Source: Tubulanus polymorphus (lineage: Eukaryota; Animalia; Nemertea). From it: a stretch of 64,000 bases of DNA. The DNA lies in the NCBI RefSeq assembly GCF_964204645.1, contig NC_134035.1:12432451-12496450 (forward strand), in the 5' to 3' direction. Shown here piece after piece: positions 39,733 through 51,334 of this stretch. Each line of letters begins with the position of its first letter. Position 1 is the first letter of the stretch. The notes under the pieces are model-generated. The model saw only the letters and a list, made by a program, of their open reading frames with translations, had not been told where the DNA came from and ran no database searches. Made by a program: the position numbers and the translations under genes.

Positions 39733-42593
39733 ATGCGTCGAATCATCGTCGATTATCAAGGCGTTTTTTATTTTACGTGTTTCGTATTTGTTGCTTGTGC
39801 TTTTATTTCACATATAGGTAAGTACCAACTGCGGTGAGAATGCTGATTATTCGGGCCACGAAATCACAAACTGGACAAATAAGAAGGTTGTTTTTAGTGA
39901 GCGCTGAAGAAAACAAGTTGCTTTCAATGCACGCAGCCCACTAAAAAGAACTATGGGGCCATTTTTAGTTGTTTTCAACGCCCACTGGTCTTAACAATTA
40001 CTTTACTATTAAAGAATAAGATTTCAATTTTTTCCATTAATACATTTTAGACCCGAAGGTGTGAGTTTGATATTTTTATTGGCGTTGTTGTTTTTCAATG
40101 TTAGATTGATAAACACAATATAGCTGCTAGGCGTAGGTTTTACTATATGGAGCTGATTATTTCACGAAACAAAATTGTGTTCAATTAGAATATCTTTCAG
40201 ATGTAGCAATAAATAGTTAACATGTAAACCCTACGATTTCTCTACGAATTGTAGATCTAGTTGAATGCGCGGAAAATAGTTATTCGAGCACTTTTATACC
40301 TAAGAAAGACGACGCCGAGTCGTTTGTGAAATGTCCTATTGGTGAAGTGAAAGTGTCCTGTACGTGTAAGCCGTGGAGTTACTGTGACGGGTGTAGTTTC
40401 GACAGAGACGGCTGTGTAGGGTTTAATTCTGGTAGATCTGGCAGCACAAAGGTAAATAATTCAGTTTTTCAGATTACCTGTATTTGTAGCTGGAAATTGT
40501 TAAGATGAATACTTGTTACACAAGTAGGGCAGCGCCCACCAGTCTATATTTCTAGCCAATCAGATTCGTTGTATTTATAGAGCAAACGTCGTTCCGGTAA
40601 AAAACGCATTTGATTGGCTAGATATATAGACTGTTGGGCGCTGAGCGGGAACCTGTCTGCCCACGAAATCTTGGGCGATGTAATGAAGACCAATGAACGG
40701 TTTGTGGCTAGGGTTTGTGTTGGCGTGAGCTTCGGCAGGCAGCAATCAAACGCTGGCAAGATCAGATTCAGATTATGTCCACCAGGGGGCTAACATGAAG
40801 AGCGACGTTTGCAGCCTAGAGGCCGCAATATTATTGACCGTTTTCTTTCAAGCTTGGTACACAAGTAACACAGAACCCTATTTAGAATCGGGTCGATGCG
40901 ATTCAAATTATGGCCAGCAGGGGGCGACATGAAAATGACGTTAACAGTCTAGAGGCTGCAAATGTAATCGATATTTTTCAAACTCGAAATAATTGTGGCC
41001 ACGATATTTCCAACGCATCCACCACAAACTCTGTAACTCCACATGGTAAGCCGGAGAATTTCAGGCCAGGGCATTCGAGGCGTTTGACTCGTTCTACTAA
41101 CTTACTGATAAATGGACGATTATATCGAGAATATATGTATAAAGAATATTGTCCATTTCAGAAATTCAAATTCTTTTATCGTTGAGATTCAATCGGATAT
41201 ATTTCAGAGTGTTATTAAGTGTACTGATGTACAGAATATCTATTTCACAATATCGACTACTTCGTACCAAGCGAATCCATCAGTAACGTGTCCCCCAAAA
41301 TTCAATAGCTGTCTCCTGCACATCCCACTCGCCGTAAGTATTTCGGATATAGAATATATACATTCGTTGTCGGTACTTGCGACGTGACGCTGTTTCGCTG
41401 GTCATGCGAAGTCATCACAATCACGGAAAAACACACATGCGACGATGATATTCAGCAAGAACCGGTCGGGAGTTAGAGTTTTTCTGAGTTAAAATGAATT
41501 CATTTTTTGAGGCGTAAACTCCGTTATATCTTAACTCACAACTGTGGAAATGGATTCAGTGTTTCATGTACATTTATATCATTCACGTTTATTGGAAAAG
41601 CGATCATTTTTCAAAGCAAACTGTTTGAAAAAAGAATTACACATTTTCAAATGAAGCAGACATTTTCAATTTCCATTAACTGTTTCCTCTGTGCGCTAGT
41701 CTATCGAGACGGGGAAACATTTCTAACAGGTACTATTTGTCACTTTTAGGTGGGGCTACACGAGTAAAACGACTACAATCACAAACAAGCGAACGTGTAA
41801 AGTATCGTCGTGCGAAAAATGTAAAACTCAAGCACGTTGTATGATCAGTAAGTTGTGTACAAAATTATCAATCTATCAGAAAAACTATTTGAATATTAGG
41901 TTATAGTAAACCGTGACCGGAAATTGGTAATGAGTCCGGTTTAAGGATAGGAAAATACTTAAGAATATATAATAAGTTAGTGAATGGTCCCAGTATAAGG
42001 CGTGGTTTACCGTAGGCCGAGTGGTCAATCCAGGTTTAACAATGGCTACAGTATCGAGGCGTTTGAAGTCTTCAAAACCGACATCGCCTGACAATACTTT
42101 ACTATAAGTATATGACTCAAAGGGAGGATATTACTTTTAAGATAGAATATACCCCTTCTACAAGAGACGACTGTATTTTCAGAATATAAACAAATGCATC
42201 TATCCTCGATTTTGTCGTTGAATCACGATATACAGACACCGGTAAAAATGATCGGTTGAAGTCGTCGGTTGTTGAATGTTGCGGTTGATTTACGCATTTC
42301 CTTTTTGTTTTTCAGATTCCGAAAATAAGAAACATATCGGTTGTAAATTTCGCAAAGCTGTCGGTTCATCGGTTCCCGATTCGGTCTATAAAACGATGCG
42401 GACCATATCGGAGCTGGTTTGTATCGGAGCGTGTGTTAACGATCTCGTTCACTGTAGATCCATAGAATATTTCTCAACCGTGAACAGTTCATTAAAAACG
42501 TGTAAATTACATAGAGAAACTGACTTTACCAAACAGAGACAAACTGGATGGATTTATAAAATCGTTGACTCCAGCACTATCACAGTTTCATAG
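39733..42593 (+). pseudogene. Array copy 4: same architecture with a +1 frameshift in exon 3 (or a homopolymer sequencing error)
   Basis: Exons 39733-39817, 40255-40451, 41208-41333, 41750-41847, 42316-42593. Exon 3 is 126 nt versus 125 in copies 5 and 6: tgtCCCCCaaaattca (41292-41296) versus tgtCCACaaaattca. The shifted frame stops at TAA early in exon 4. Confidence 0.75.
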
Positions 42594-42770
42594 AATTGTT
42601 TCTGCTCGCTCAGGTTCACTATTCGTCCAGCCGTCCACAGAATCAAACAGTTTTGGAAACACGTCTGATGTATTGTATAAACAATCTTAATATACATGTA
42701 CCTATCCTAGATACGTAATTGCCTAATCAGAATCAAGATGGTCGTGGCCATTGTAATTCGCTAAAACCAG

Positions 42771-42909
42771 GGGCCAGTTGCACAGTCATGACTTAAGTCC
42801 AAAAGTGGTCTTAAATCATAAGACCGGTCTTTAATTGTTAGATTTGCTATAGAAATAAGTTGGTCTTAGACTAGTCTTAAGTCTAAGTCATGACTATGCA
42901 ACCAGCCCC
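42771..42909. mobile_element. MITE gggccagttgcacagtcatgact...agtcatgactatgcaaccagccc (relative at ~6260-6435)
   Basis: Near-perfect inverted arms, flanked by cag on both sides. Confidence 0.72.
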
Positions 42910-43210
42910 AGGACATGTTTTTCAAATGCAGAATACAGATCATCTAGACCAATCGGCTATAACTCCCCTAGTTTCAGCTTGAATCAATTCACAGAAATCT
43001 CATTTGCATATTTATTGCATTTTCTCAGTTTGCACCAAATATAGACCGATATTGTTTTGCAAAATATCGGCGGTAGTAAAAAGAGATGCTGCAAAACATG
43101 TTGAATGATTCATCAGTTGACGTCGGTGGCGCTCAATTTTTATCAATAATACATGAACGAAGTGCAGGTTCTGCTCGTTATTTCAAACGCATCGGATGCA
43201 AGATTCAAAC

Positions 43211-46200
43211 ATGTGTCGTTTTACCTCCAATTTTCAAAACATTTCTTATTCGACGTGTCTAGTGTGCTTTACCTGCACACTTGTTTTGCCGTTAGGTAAG
43301 TATAATTATCGATTAATAACTATTTTATTTGAATGATGATTGTCTTTTTTTTCATTTAATTCCATTGACTGGAAGTTGCTGTTTACAGCAACTTGATCTC
43401 TTGCGATTATATCAACAATCAGAGGCGGCCAGAGGAAAACCCTGTTAGTCTTACTGTGGCTAGTGGATTATCCGTGGTTTAGGCTAAGCAGCTTGATATA
43501 AGAGGCCACGCGAAGACAATGGTTACCTAACAGCGTTTTCCTGCACCCATTTATGCCTAACCACAGTTTGCTATTCACGTTTGGCACGAACAGGGTTTCC
43601 TGCGCTGACCTCTGTTAGCCTTACCATGGTAAATAGCTTATCCGCGGTTTAGGGTAACCAGCTTCAAAAAAGAGCCCGCACTAACCGCGGTTAGCTAACA
43701 GCGATTCCTGCACCTATTTACGTCTAACCACAGTTAACTAAACCGATTGGCACGAACAAGGTTTTCCGGCGTCCGCCCCAGTTTTGTTTTTAGAATTAGG
43801 AATCAGAAATAACGGAATTGCGTTATAAGCCGCAGACATTGAGACATTCTGCGTGAATTGTAGATTTAGTCGAGTGCAAGGTCACGAATTATTCGAGTCC
43901 GTTTGCGGCCAAAATAAATGACGAGGAATCATTGGTAAGATGTCCGACTGGTTTAGTGAAAGTTTCCTGTCATTGCACGCCGTGGAGTTACTGTGACGGT
44001 AGCAAATTCTACAGAGATGGCTGTGTAGGGTTTAATTCCGGTAAAACTGGCAAAACAAAGGTAATTCAGCTGAACGTTTTATCTGTTTATTTTATGTCTA
44101 AAAATTAAAAAGATATTTATGATAGTACGATTGAATCTATTTTGACTGGAGAATGACTGTCAGATCTGCAACTCATGTCGAGCTTCTAGTTCGACATGCA
44201 TCGGTGAAATTACTCTCGAAATTAGTTAGTTTTTTTCTTAACGGACGCGTCCTGGTTACATAAATCATGTTGAGACTTGCCAATTGAAATCAAGAAAAGC
44301 ATGATCTTTTTAATCAGATACAACGGTGTTTTCGCCCGGCGGCCATTTTAATTCCGACCTTTTTACCGAAAAAACTCATTTTCATATATCATTTTCATAT
44401 ATAATAACTTGTTGTTTTGTTTTCGATCGGCGGCTATTTAATTCTGACTTTTAGCCCGACCGATGAATACGTTTGATCGAACCGTTCTCATCTACACATT
44501 TACACGCGGAAGCGCCGCACACTGTTGCGTATCGCGTTGTCAAGCATCACTGCGCCCTTTATTAATGCAACGCAACGTATTGGTGCATACCATCATCGAA
44601 CCTGTCGACTTGGTTATTACCAATAATATTATATATGATTTGTACGGAAGTGATAGAGGGCCATCGGTTGTCACGTTCCAAAACTCGACAAGTCACTATA
44701 CTTATGTCAACAAATATGGCGACTTGTCGAGTTGGAACGCGACAACTAGAGACCCTTTTTCGCTCCCGTTGATTTCGTAATAAAAAGTCCGAATTCCGGT
44801 CGAAAAAAACGTCTTTTTTATCGATCGGCAAAAAAAAAAACATTATAGTAATCATAATCTTCCGTAGTTTTCGGTACAATCTAGCATTTCTAAAATTGTC
44901 GAATTGTTTCAGAGTGTCATTGAATGTACTGATGAACAGAATATCTATTTCACAATATCGACTACTTCTTTCGAAGCGAATCCATCAGTAACGTGTCCAC
45001 AAAATTCAATAGCTGTTTCCTGCACAGCGCATACCTAGTAAGTATTATATTTACAGTTACCGAAAACCACACTTAATATGCAGATTGTGAATCATTTTCT
45101 ACGATGGGAATAGACACATCTTTTAGTAATTCTTAATGACTATGAGTAAAAATCCCGCAATAAATGAATTAATCTAAAAAAGTTTATTAAAAAATTTCAG
45201 GTGGTTGCTGCCACCCTAATCCAGCCAAAATGATAGGCTGATCGCTTTTAAACTGAAGAAGGGTGGCAGCAACCTCCCGAAAGATTTCTAATTTCCAAAT
45301 AAACTTTTTAGATTCATTCATTTTTTGTGGGATTTTTACTCATCGTCTTATCACGGATATTGTTATTCTCAACACTGATTCATCTTAAATGATCAATTTC
45401 TTATTTTCAGGGTTTTTTACTCGTCCCGTAGTGATATTTTTCTTTTCATTTATATATATTCATACACGCGTATATTAGAAAGCAATGCTTATAGAAAACC
45501 ATCATATTGAAGCAAATAATATTACATTTCCGAAATCGAATAACTAAAATTTGACATTTTCATTTTCTAAACTCTGGAGTATCTTCTTTTAAAAACCCTA
45601 CATGAGTGACGAGTACGCGGTATAAAACGAAGGTTTGTGACTGTTTTTTGGGATCCGATCGGCTTCTTGAATAGAATACAAAAAACGTCTTGTTTGGTAC
45701 ACCAGGTAGAAATGATGAATACCATACAATTATTACATCTTTCGAGCATTTTCGTTTACCGTTTCCCCTTTTACATCGATTTACACTGCAAAAAAGGCTC
45801 CGATCATCAACGAGGGTACCGGGGGTATTTGTGAAATCCTTTTTTTCTAATGACCAAGAAGACTAAAATTGATTTCGCAATTTCAGTAATTTAATTTTCC
45901 TTCGATCGATTTGATTGTGATATATTTTCCTTTATATCAATTATACATATTTCTAAATATATATTTTCATATAAGTAATGCTTTGAAGTGATAAGAACAA
46001 AATTTCATCGATTTTCAAAATTCGACATTTTTATGCTCCAATTCGTGAACCATATTCACGGGCGGCAACACTAGAAATTCACTTGAGGCAATTTTTGTTC
46101 GGTAAATGATGGCTATTGGTGGTTTTCTCAATAAATTGTCTTTAAATGAAGAAAATATCGAAAGGCCTTGTCTAACGCATCAGGCTCGAACTGGAAAAGC

Positions 46201-46895
46201 TATATGATTATCGCATCTTTTTGTGTAATTTTGTTTACCGTTTTCTTGTATTTCTAGCTGGATTTACTCGTCTAAAAAGACACAAATAATTAACAAGAGA
46301 ACTTGTAAAGTATCGTCGTGCGACAGATGCACAACCCAGGCTCGATGTATGATCAATCAGTCACTCGGAAAAGGTTAGGTGCAGTCCAGTTGAGGGGTAC
46401 TTGGGTTCGAATCTTGATGGGGGCAGGGTTTCTTCTCACTCGTGTTTATTCGTGAAAAGATACCTCCATCCTCGAGTGGCGCTCAGCGGGTTAACTGTCG
46501 AGAAGAAAGATCGTCATGATTTTAAATTATGTTGGCTGTGCATTGAAAATACATTTTCGCTAATAATGGTTTGGAATCTGATGTATTAAAATGGAGGCAT
46601 CCCTGTCATTTCAGATCTCACAAATACGAAGCGTATTGGTTGTAAATTTCGTGTTGAGGAAGCGGGTCCAAAGGTTTCAGGTTCTGTTTATAAAACGATT
46701 CACAATGTATCGGAGCTGGTTTGTATCGGGGCGTGTGTTAACGATCTCGTTCACTGTCGATCTATAGAATATTTCTCAGCCGCGAACAGTTCATCAAAAA
46801 CGTGTAATTTACATAGAGAAACTGACTTTACCAAACAGAGACAAACCGGATGGATTTATAAAATCGTTGACCCCAGCACTATCACAGTTTCATAG
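43211..46895 (+). CDS. Array copy 5: secreted resistin/PCSK9-CTD-like x2 + PAN protein (267 aa)
   Basis: Exons 43211-43295, 43864-44060, 44913-45037, 46258-46373, 46615-46895; open frame. Confidence 0.87.
43421..43780. mobile_element. MITE-like element with internal ~165-bp duplication; related copy at ~57890-58050
   Basis: Termini gaggcggccagaggaaaacc / ggttttccggcgtccgcccc. Shared body ccctgttag...ttatccgtggtt...aagaggcc...gaagacaatggtta(c/g)ctaacagcgttttcctgc. Confidence 0.65.
45143..45342 (+). mobile_element. Third palindromic Penelope-like remnant with degenerate hammerhead core
   Basis: Inverted arms gagtaaaaatccc...gggatttttactc. CTGAAGA-A-GGGTGG-CAGCAA-CCTCCC-GAAA at 45253-45282; stem I not evident. 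Confidence 0.5.
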
Positions 46896-47497
46896 AATTT
46901 TTTCAGCTTACTTTTCGTCCATCCGTTACTTCGTTCACAGAATCAAGAATGTTCAATAGTTCTTGAATACGTTGTTTTAAGATTTAATCGTCTTCGTATA
47001 AATGTTTCAGCCCTTGACGCATCTGCAGTCTAGAATTGCCTAATCAGAACCAAGATGGTTTTTGTCAATTTTGTCAATTTCAAAATTCAGATGTGGATTT
47101 ACCTTCATTTATCACAATTACATCAAGCGCATCGGGTTAAAGATTCAAACATGTGTCGTTTTTTGACAATTTCAAAATTCAGATTAATACTCACTTATTG
47201 CGTATAGTTTCCCTGGGACCCTAACCTGAATCTGATCTGATTCACAGACAACTCATTTGCATATTATTGTATTTTCTCAGCTTAATAGCTGCACCAGTTA
47301 CAGGAATTGGAAATTCTAAATCAATACTTTGTGAAAATGTGGAGGTCATAAAACAGACAGAGATGAAAAACATCTTGAATAATTCATCAGTCGCTGTTGC
47401 TTGCACTCATTTTTTTCAACAATAAAACGTTAACAAACTGCTGTTTTTACTTCATTTATCGCAATTACATGAAGCGCATCGGATTAAAGCCTCAGAA

Positions 47498-49658
47498 ATG
47501 TGTCGTTTTACCGTCAATTTTCAAGGCGTTTCTTTTTCTACGTTTTTGGTGGTTTTTACCTGCGCAATTATGTTACCTTTAGGTAAGTGATCATCGATTC
47601 TTCACTTCTAAAAGGACGTTTATATTTTCTTTTTTTCCATTCAATTCGATTGATGTGAAAAACAAAAAGCCTGGCTCAGAAAATACCTCATTAGCTTTTT
47701 ACAAGTTTTGATCAGTTGTGATTCTATCCGTTTTGTGTTGAGAGTAAGGACTATAAGAAGTAATGCAATTGCGTTATAAGCCGCAGACATTGAGACATTC
47801 TGCGTGAATTGTAGATTTAGTCGAGTGCAAGGTCACGAGTTATTCGAGTTCATTTGTGGCTAAAGTAAACGACAGGGAATCATTGGTAAGATGTCCGACT
47901 GGTTTAGTGAAAGTTTCCTGTCATTGCACGCCGTGGAAACACTGTGACGGTAGCAAATTCTACAGAAATGGCTGTGTAGGGTTTAATTCCGGTAAAACTG
48001 GCGAAACAAAGGTAATTCAGCTGAACTTTATTTGTTGTTGGCAAAAATTTTAAAAAGCAGAAAATCTACTCGTCCTGAAGAATGAGTCAGATCTACAACT
48101 CATGCTTCTACTTCGACAGGTATCGGTGAAATCAAGCTCAAAATTAGATAATTTCTCGACATTTCTCGACGTCTGCGGGTTCGAGATATTAGATTACGTT
48201 TCGGAATTTTGGTAGCAATCTCTTTAAAAATACCCGATCGAATTTTTTTTCAGAGCGTTATAAAATGCACTGACGAACAGAAAATCTATTTCACAATGTC
48301 GACTACTTCTTGGCGAGCGAATCCATCAGTAACGTGTCCACAAAATTCAATAGCTGTCTCCTGCACAGCGCATACGAAGTTAGTATATAATATATAGAAA
48401 AAGAGCAAATCGCCTTTAAAATTAGTACATCATCAGTATGCAGTGGCTTTCTTTGGCTGGGAAAGTTATCAATAACAGTTTTTTAAGTAAATGTGCTTTT
48501 TTTTCTAGAAATATGCCTGGTTTTCATTAACCCTTTCAGTGCGTCTACACCACAGTGCGGTGTATAAATCATTGATAGATTTTGCTAGTACACCGCACTG
48601 CGGTGTATTGATGTAATTAGTAATTTGTAATTATCTCTATTGAAAAATGGCAGCACGTGTCAAACATAGTGAAATACTAGTAACTAATGATACACCGCAC
48701 CGCAGTGTAGACGCACTATAGTGGTATTCCCGTTGTTCAACACACTAGGGTGCAATTTTTTAGAATTTTCAAATTATCTCCAGCACTATAGGGTATTAAT
48801 TAGTCAGCACTGAAAGGGTTTTAAGCAAATAATTTGTTCCCAAAAATCGTTCGGCTTCCTATAGAAGTTAAACGTTGCCCTATACAACTTGATAGGGTAA
48901 TCCTTCTATAATTGTTTTGATCGTCTGTGTAGACATATTCGTCAAAGTAGATATTTTCATTTCCCAAGTAATGAAGCATCTTAAAAAACACTAGAAATGT
49001 CACTAGTGTAAATATACCCGGTAAACGAAGACTTGTGATGACTTCAATTAGAGTTACCTTTTTCTTTTATTTGTAGATGGAGGTACGCGTCTAAGAGGAC
49101 TAGAATCATAAACAAGAGAACTTGTAAAGTATCGTCGTGCAACAAATGTACAACCCAGGCTCGATGTATGACCAATCAGTCAGTTGGAAAAGGTAAAGTC
49201 CAGTTCAATCGATGACTCTTGGCTTCGAATCTTGAAGGTGGCTGAGTTTCTTGGTCGAATGTTCTTCTATCTCCCCGTAATCGTGAAAAGACACCTGGAA
49301 CCCCGCGTGGCGCTCGGCGGTTTGAATAACGAAAAGAAAACACTATCATTTGAAATGTAGCGTTCTTTTGTTTTCAGATCTCAAAAATATGAAGCGTATT
49401 GGTTGTAAATTCAGAGTTGCGATGGGTCCAAGGGTTCCAGCTTTTGTTTATAAAACGATTCACAATGTATCGGAGCTGGTTTGTACCGGAGCGTGTGTTA
49501 ACGATCTCGTTCACTGTAGATCTATAGAATATTTCTCAGCCGCGAACAGTTCATCAAAAACGTGTAATTTACATAGAGAAACTGACTTTACCAAACAGAG
49601 ACAAACTGGATGGATTTATAAAATTGTCGAGCCCAGCACTATCGATATGAGTCGATAA
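47498..49658 (+). CDS. Array copy 6: secreted resistin/PCSK9-CTD-like x2 + PAN protein (267 aa)
   Basis: Exons 47498-47582, 47815-48011, 48254-48378, 49077-49192, 49378-49658; open frame; closest to copy 5. Confidence 0.87.
48531..48818. mobile_element. piggyBac-type MITE (288 bp) in copy 6 intron 3
   Basis: TTAA|CCCTTTCAGTGC ... GCACTGAAAGGG|TTTTAA. Internal palindromes tacacc(a/g)ca(g/c)tgcggtgta. Confidence 0.78.
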
Positions 49659-51279
49659 GATTTGAGCGACGTTTCGACTAAAAAATTATTAGCCATCATT
49701 TTTGCTTGGGATTTTTTGCGTTCCATATCGGTGCAGAACGATTTTGGCGGTATAGAGAGTATGGCGGTACTTTTATGGCGGCATTTCTCTTTTTTTCTTT
49801 TCTCTTTTGAGGGACCTGTTTTATACAAATTATTCTTTAGTTTCTACAGGCCCCTCCAGGTCTAATTTACTGTATTTTGTATTATGCTTTGTACACTATG
49901 CTGTAAATTATATTTGAAAAATAAAGTGTTCAAGTGTTCAAGTATATCAGGGGTATTTTACTATGTATTTGTTTAGAGATATACTACATTGAGAAAACCC
50001 GACGGTAGGCCGGGTTGGCGGTATATAGGAGGGTCGAATATCGGGGCTTGACGGTAGATTGAATCCGTTCATCGTACGTGTAACCCGTAATGAGGGCAAT
50101 GTCCCAAAAAGGATTCACTTCTGAATCGATTTTAGAGTGAGTTGAACCTTTATGTAAAACTGATAATCAAATGTAGATGATTATTTATGATACAAATGAA
50201 TGAATGTTATAGAGGAGGAGCTGTGTTAACCTGCTATAAAAAAAACAGGTGTTACGTAAACTCTAATAAATCTAGTTTATATAATAAAGACTTCTATGTT
50301 GAGTAAACATCCCGCTATCCCTGCACCAGTAGTGCCAAACGGTGAAATTAGATTTTTGGTTATATGTATTTGATATTCTTGATTTTATTTTTTATTCGCA
50401 TTTAGTGCATTGTAGCTTCATCGGAAAAATGATTGGAGATGATCGAATTGAACTGTTTAATTCATGTAAATGTGTTAAATCTTGATGTGCACTTCCTTTG
50501 TGAATAGATTGAATGTAACTGTAACACGATACTGAAATTAGTGAATATCCTCAATCTTATAAATATTTTTATACATATTCTCTTTTTTGCCATGTTGTTG
50601 CTTTTCTATCTGATTCTATATCCTCTTATTGTCGTTGTAATGGTTTCAAGTGAATAATAATGAACTGTATGAATTGCTGTGTACAGGATAGGTCACGTTA
50701 TACATACTATACGCAAAACATAATGCTAGAATTCATGTTAATAAGCGTTATAAAAAAAAAACATTTTAGATAAAATCGAAAATTTTAAGATTAGAAAATT
50801 TTCCTGTGCAGAATAGATATAATATACAAATTCCATAGCTATCAATTTCAAAATCATTTTTATCGTTAGTTACATTAAACATATGGTCATGTTAGAAATC
50901 ATATTTCAATTCTGTCCAACGTATCTTGACAATTCTTTAGACTAACGGAAAATGTTGAAATGGATCGAAATACATGGATTTTAAATGGGAAGTTAATAAA
51001 TGATAACGTTTCAGTTAAAGGTTGTTTTCATAATTTAAATCTCGATAGTAGGAGTAGGAGGCTGCAATGTCTTCCGTTATAACGCCATCTCGGAGTATAG
51101 AATATTATGAAACTCTCTCATTCACCGAAGCTGAAACCGGCGCGACGGTACGGTATTGAACCGCCAGGTCGCGATGCGTACTCCCAATAAACCGCTCTTC
51201 TCTGTAATGTCCGTCGTCAAACTTATCACAGATCGGTGCCAGAAAACTGCGGTCGTCTAGCTTCACGCTAGGTGCGACA

Positions 51280-51334
51280 ATGAAGTACAATCCATTTATT
51301 ATCTTAATCGGGATTAACATAATCGGATTAGCCG
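51280..51334 (+). CDS. Candidate first (signal-peptide) coding exon of a downstream secreted or membrane protein gene
   Basis: acaATG, MKYNPFIILIGINIIGLA(G), then a perfect G|GTAAGT phase-1 donor. No downstream exon identified in the window. Confidence 0.35.

Noticed and set aside
22354-49658. Calling the array genes PCSK9 or resistin orthologs
   Set aside because: No subtilisin or prodomain, and no terminal CC pair. Only module-level Cys spacing is similar, so no gene symbol was assigned.
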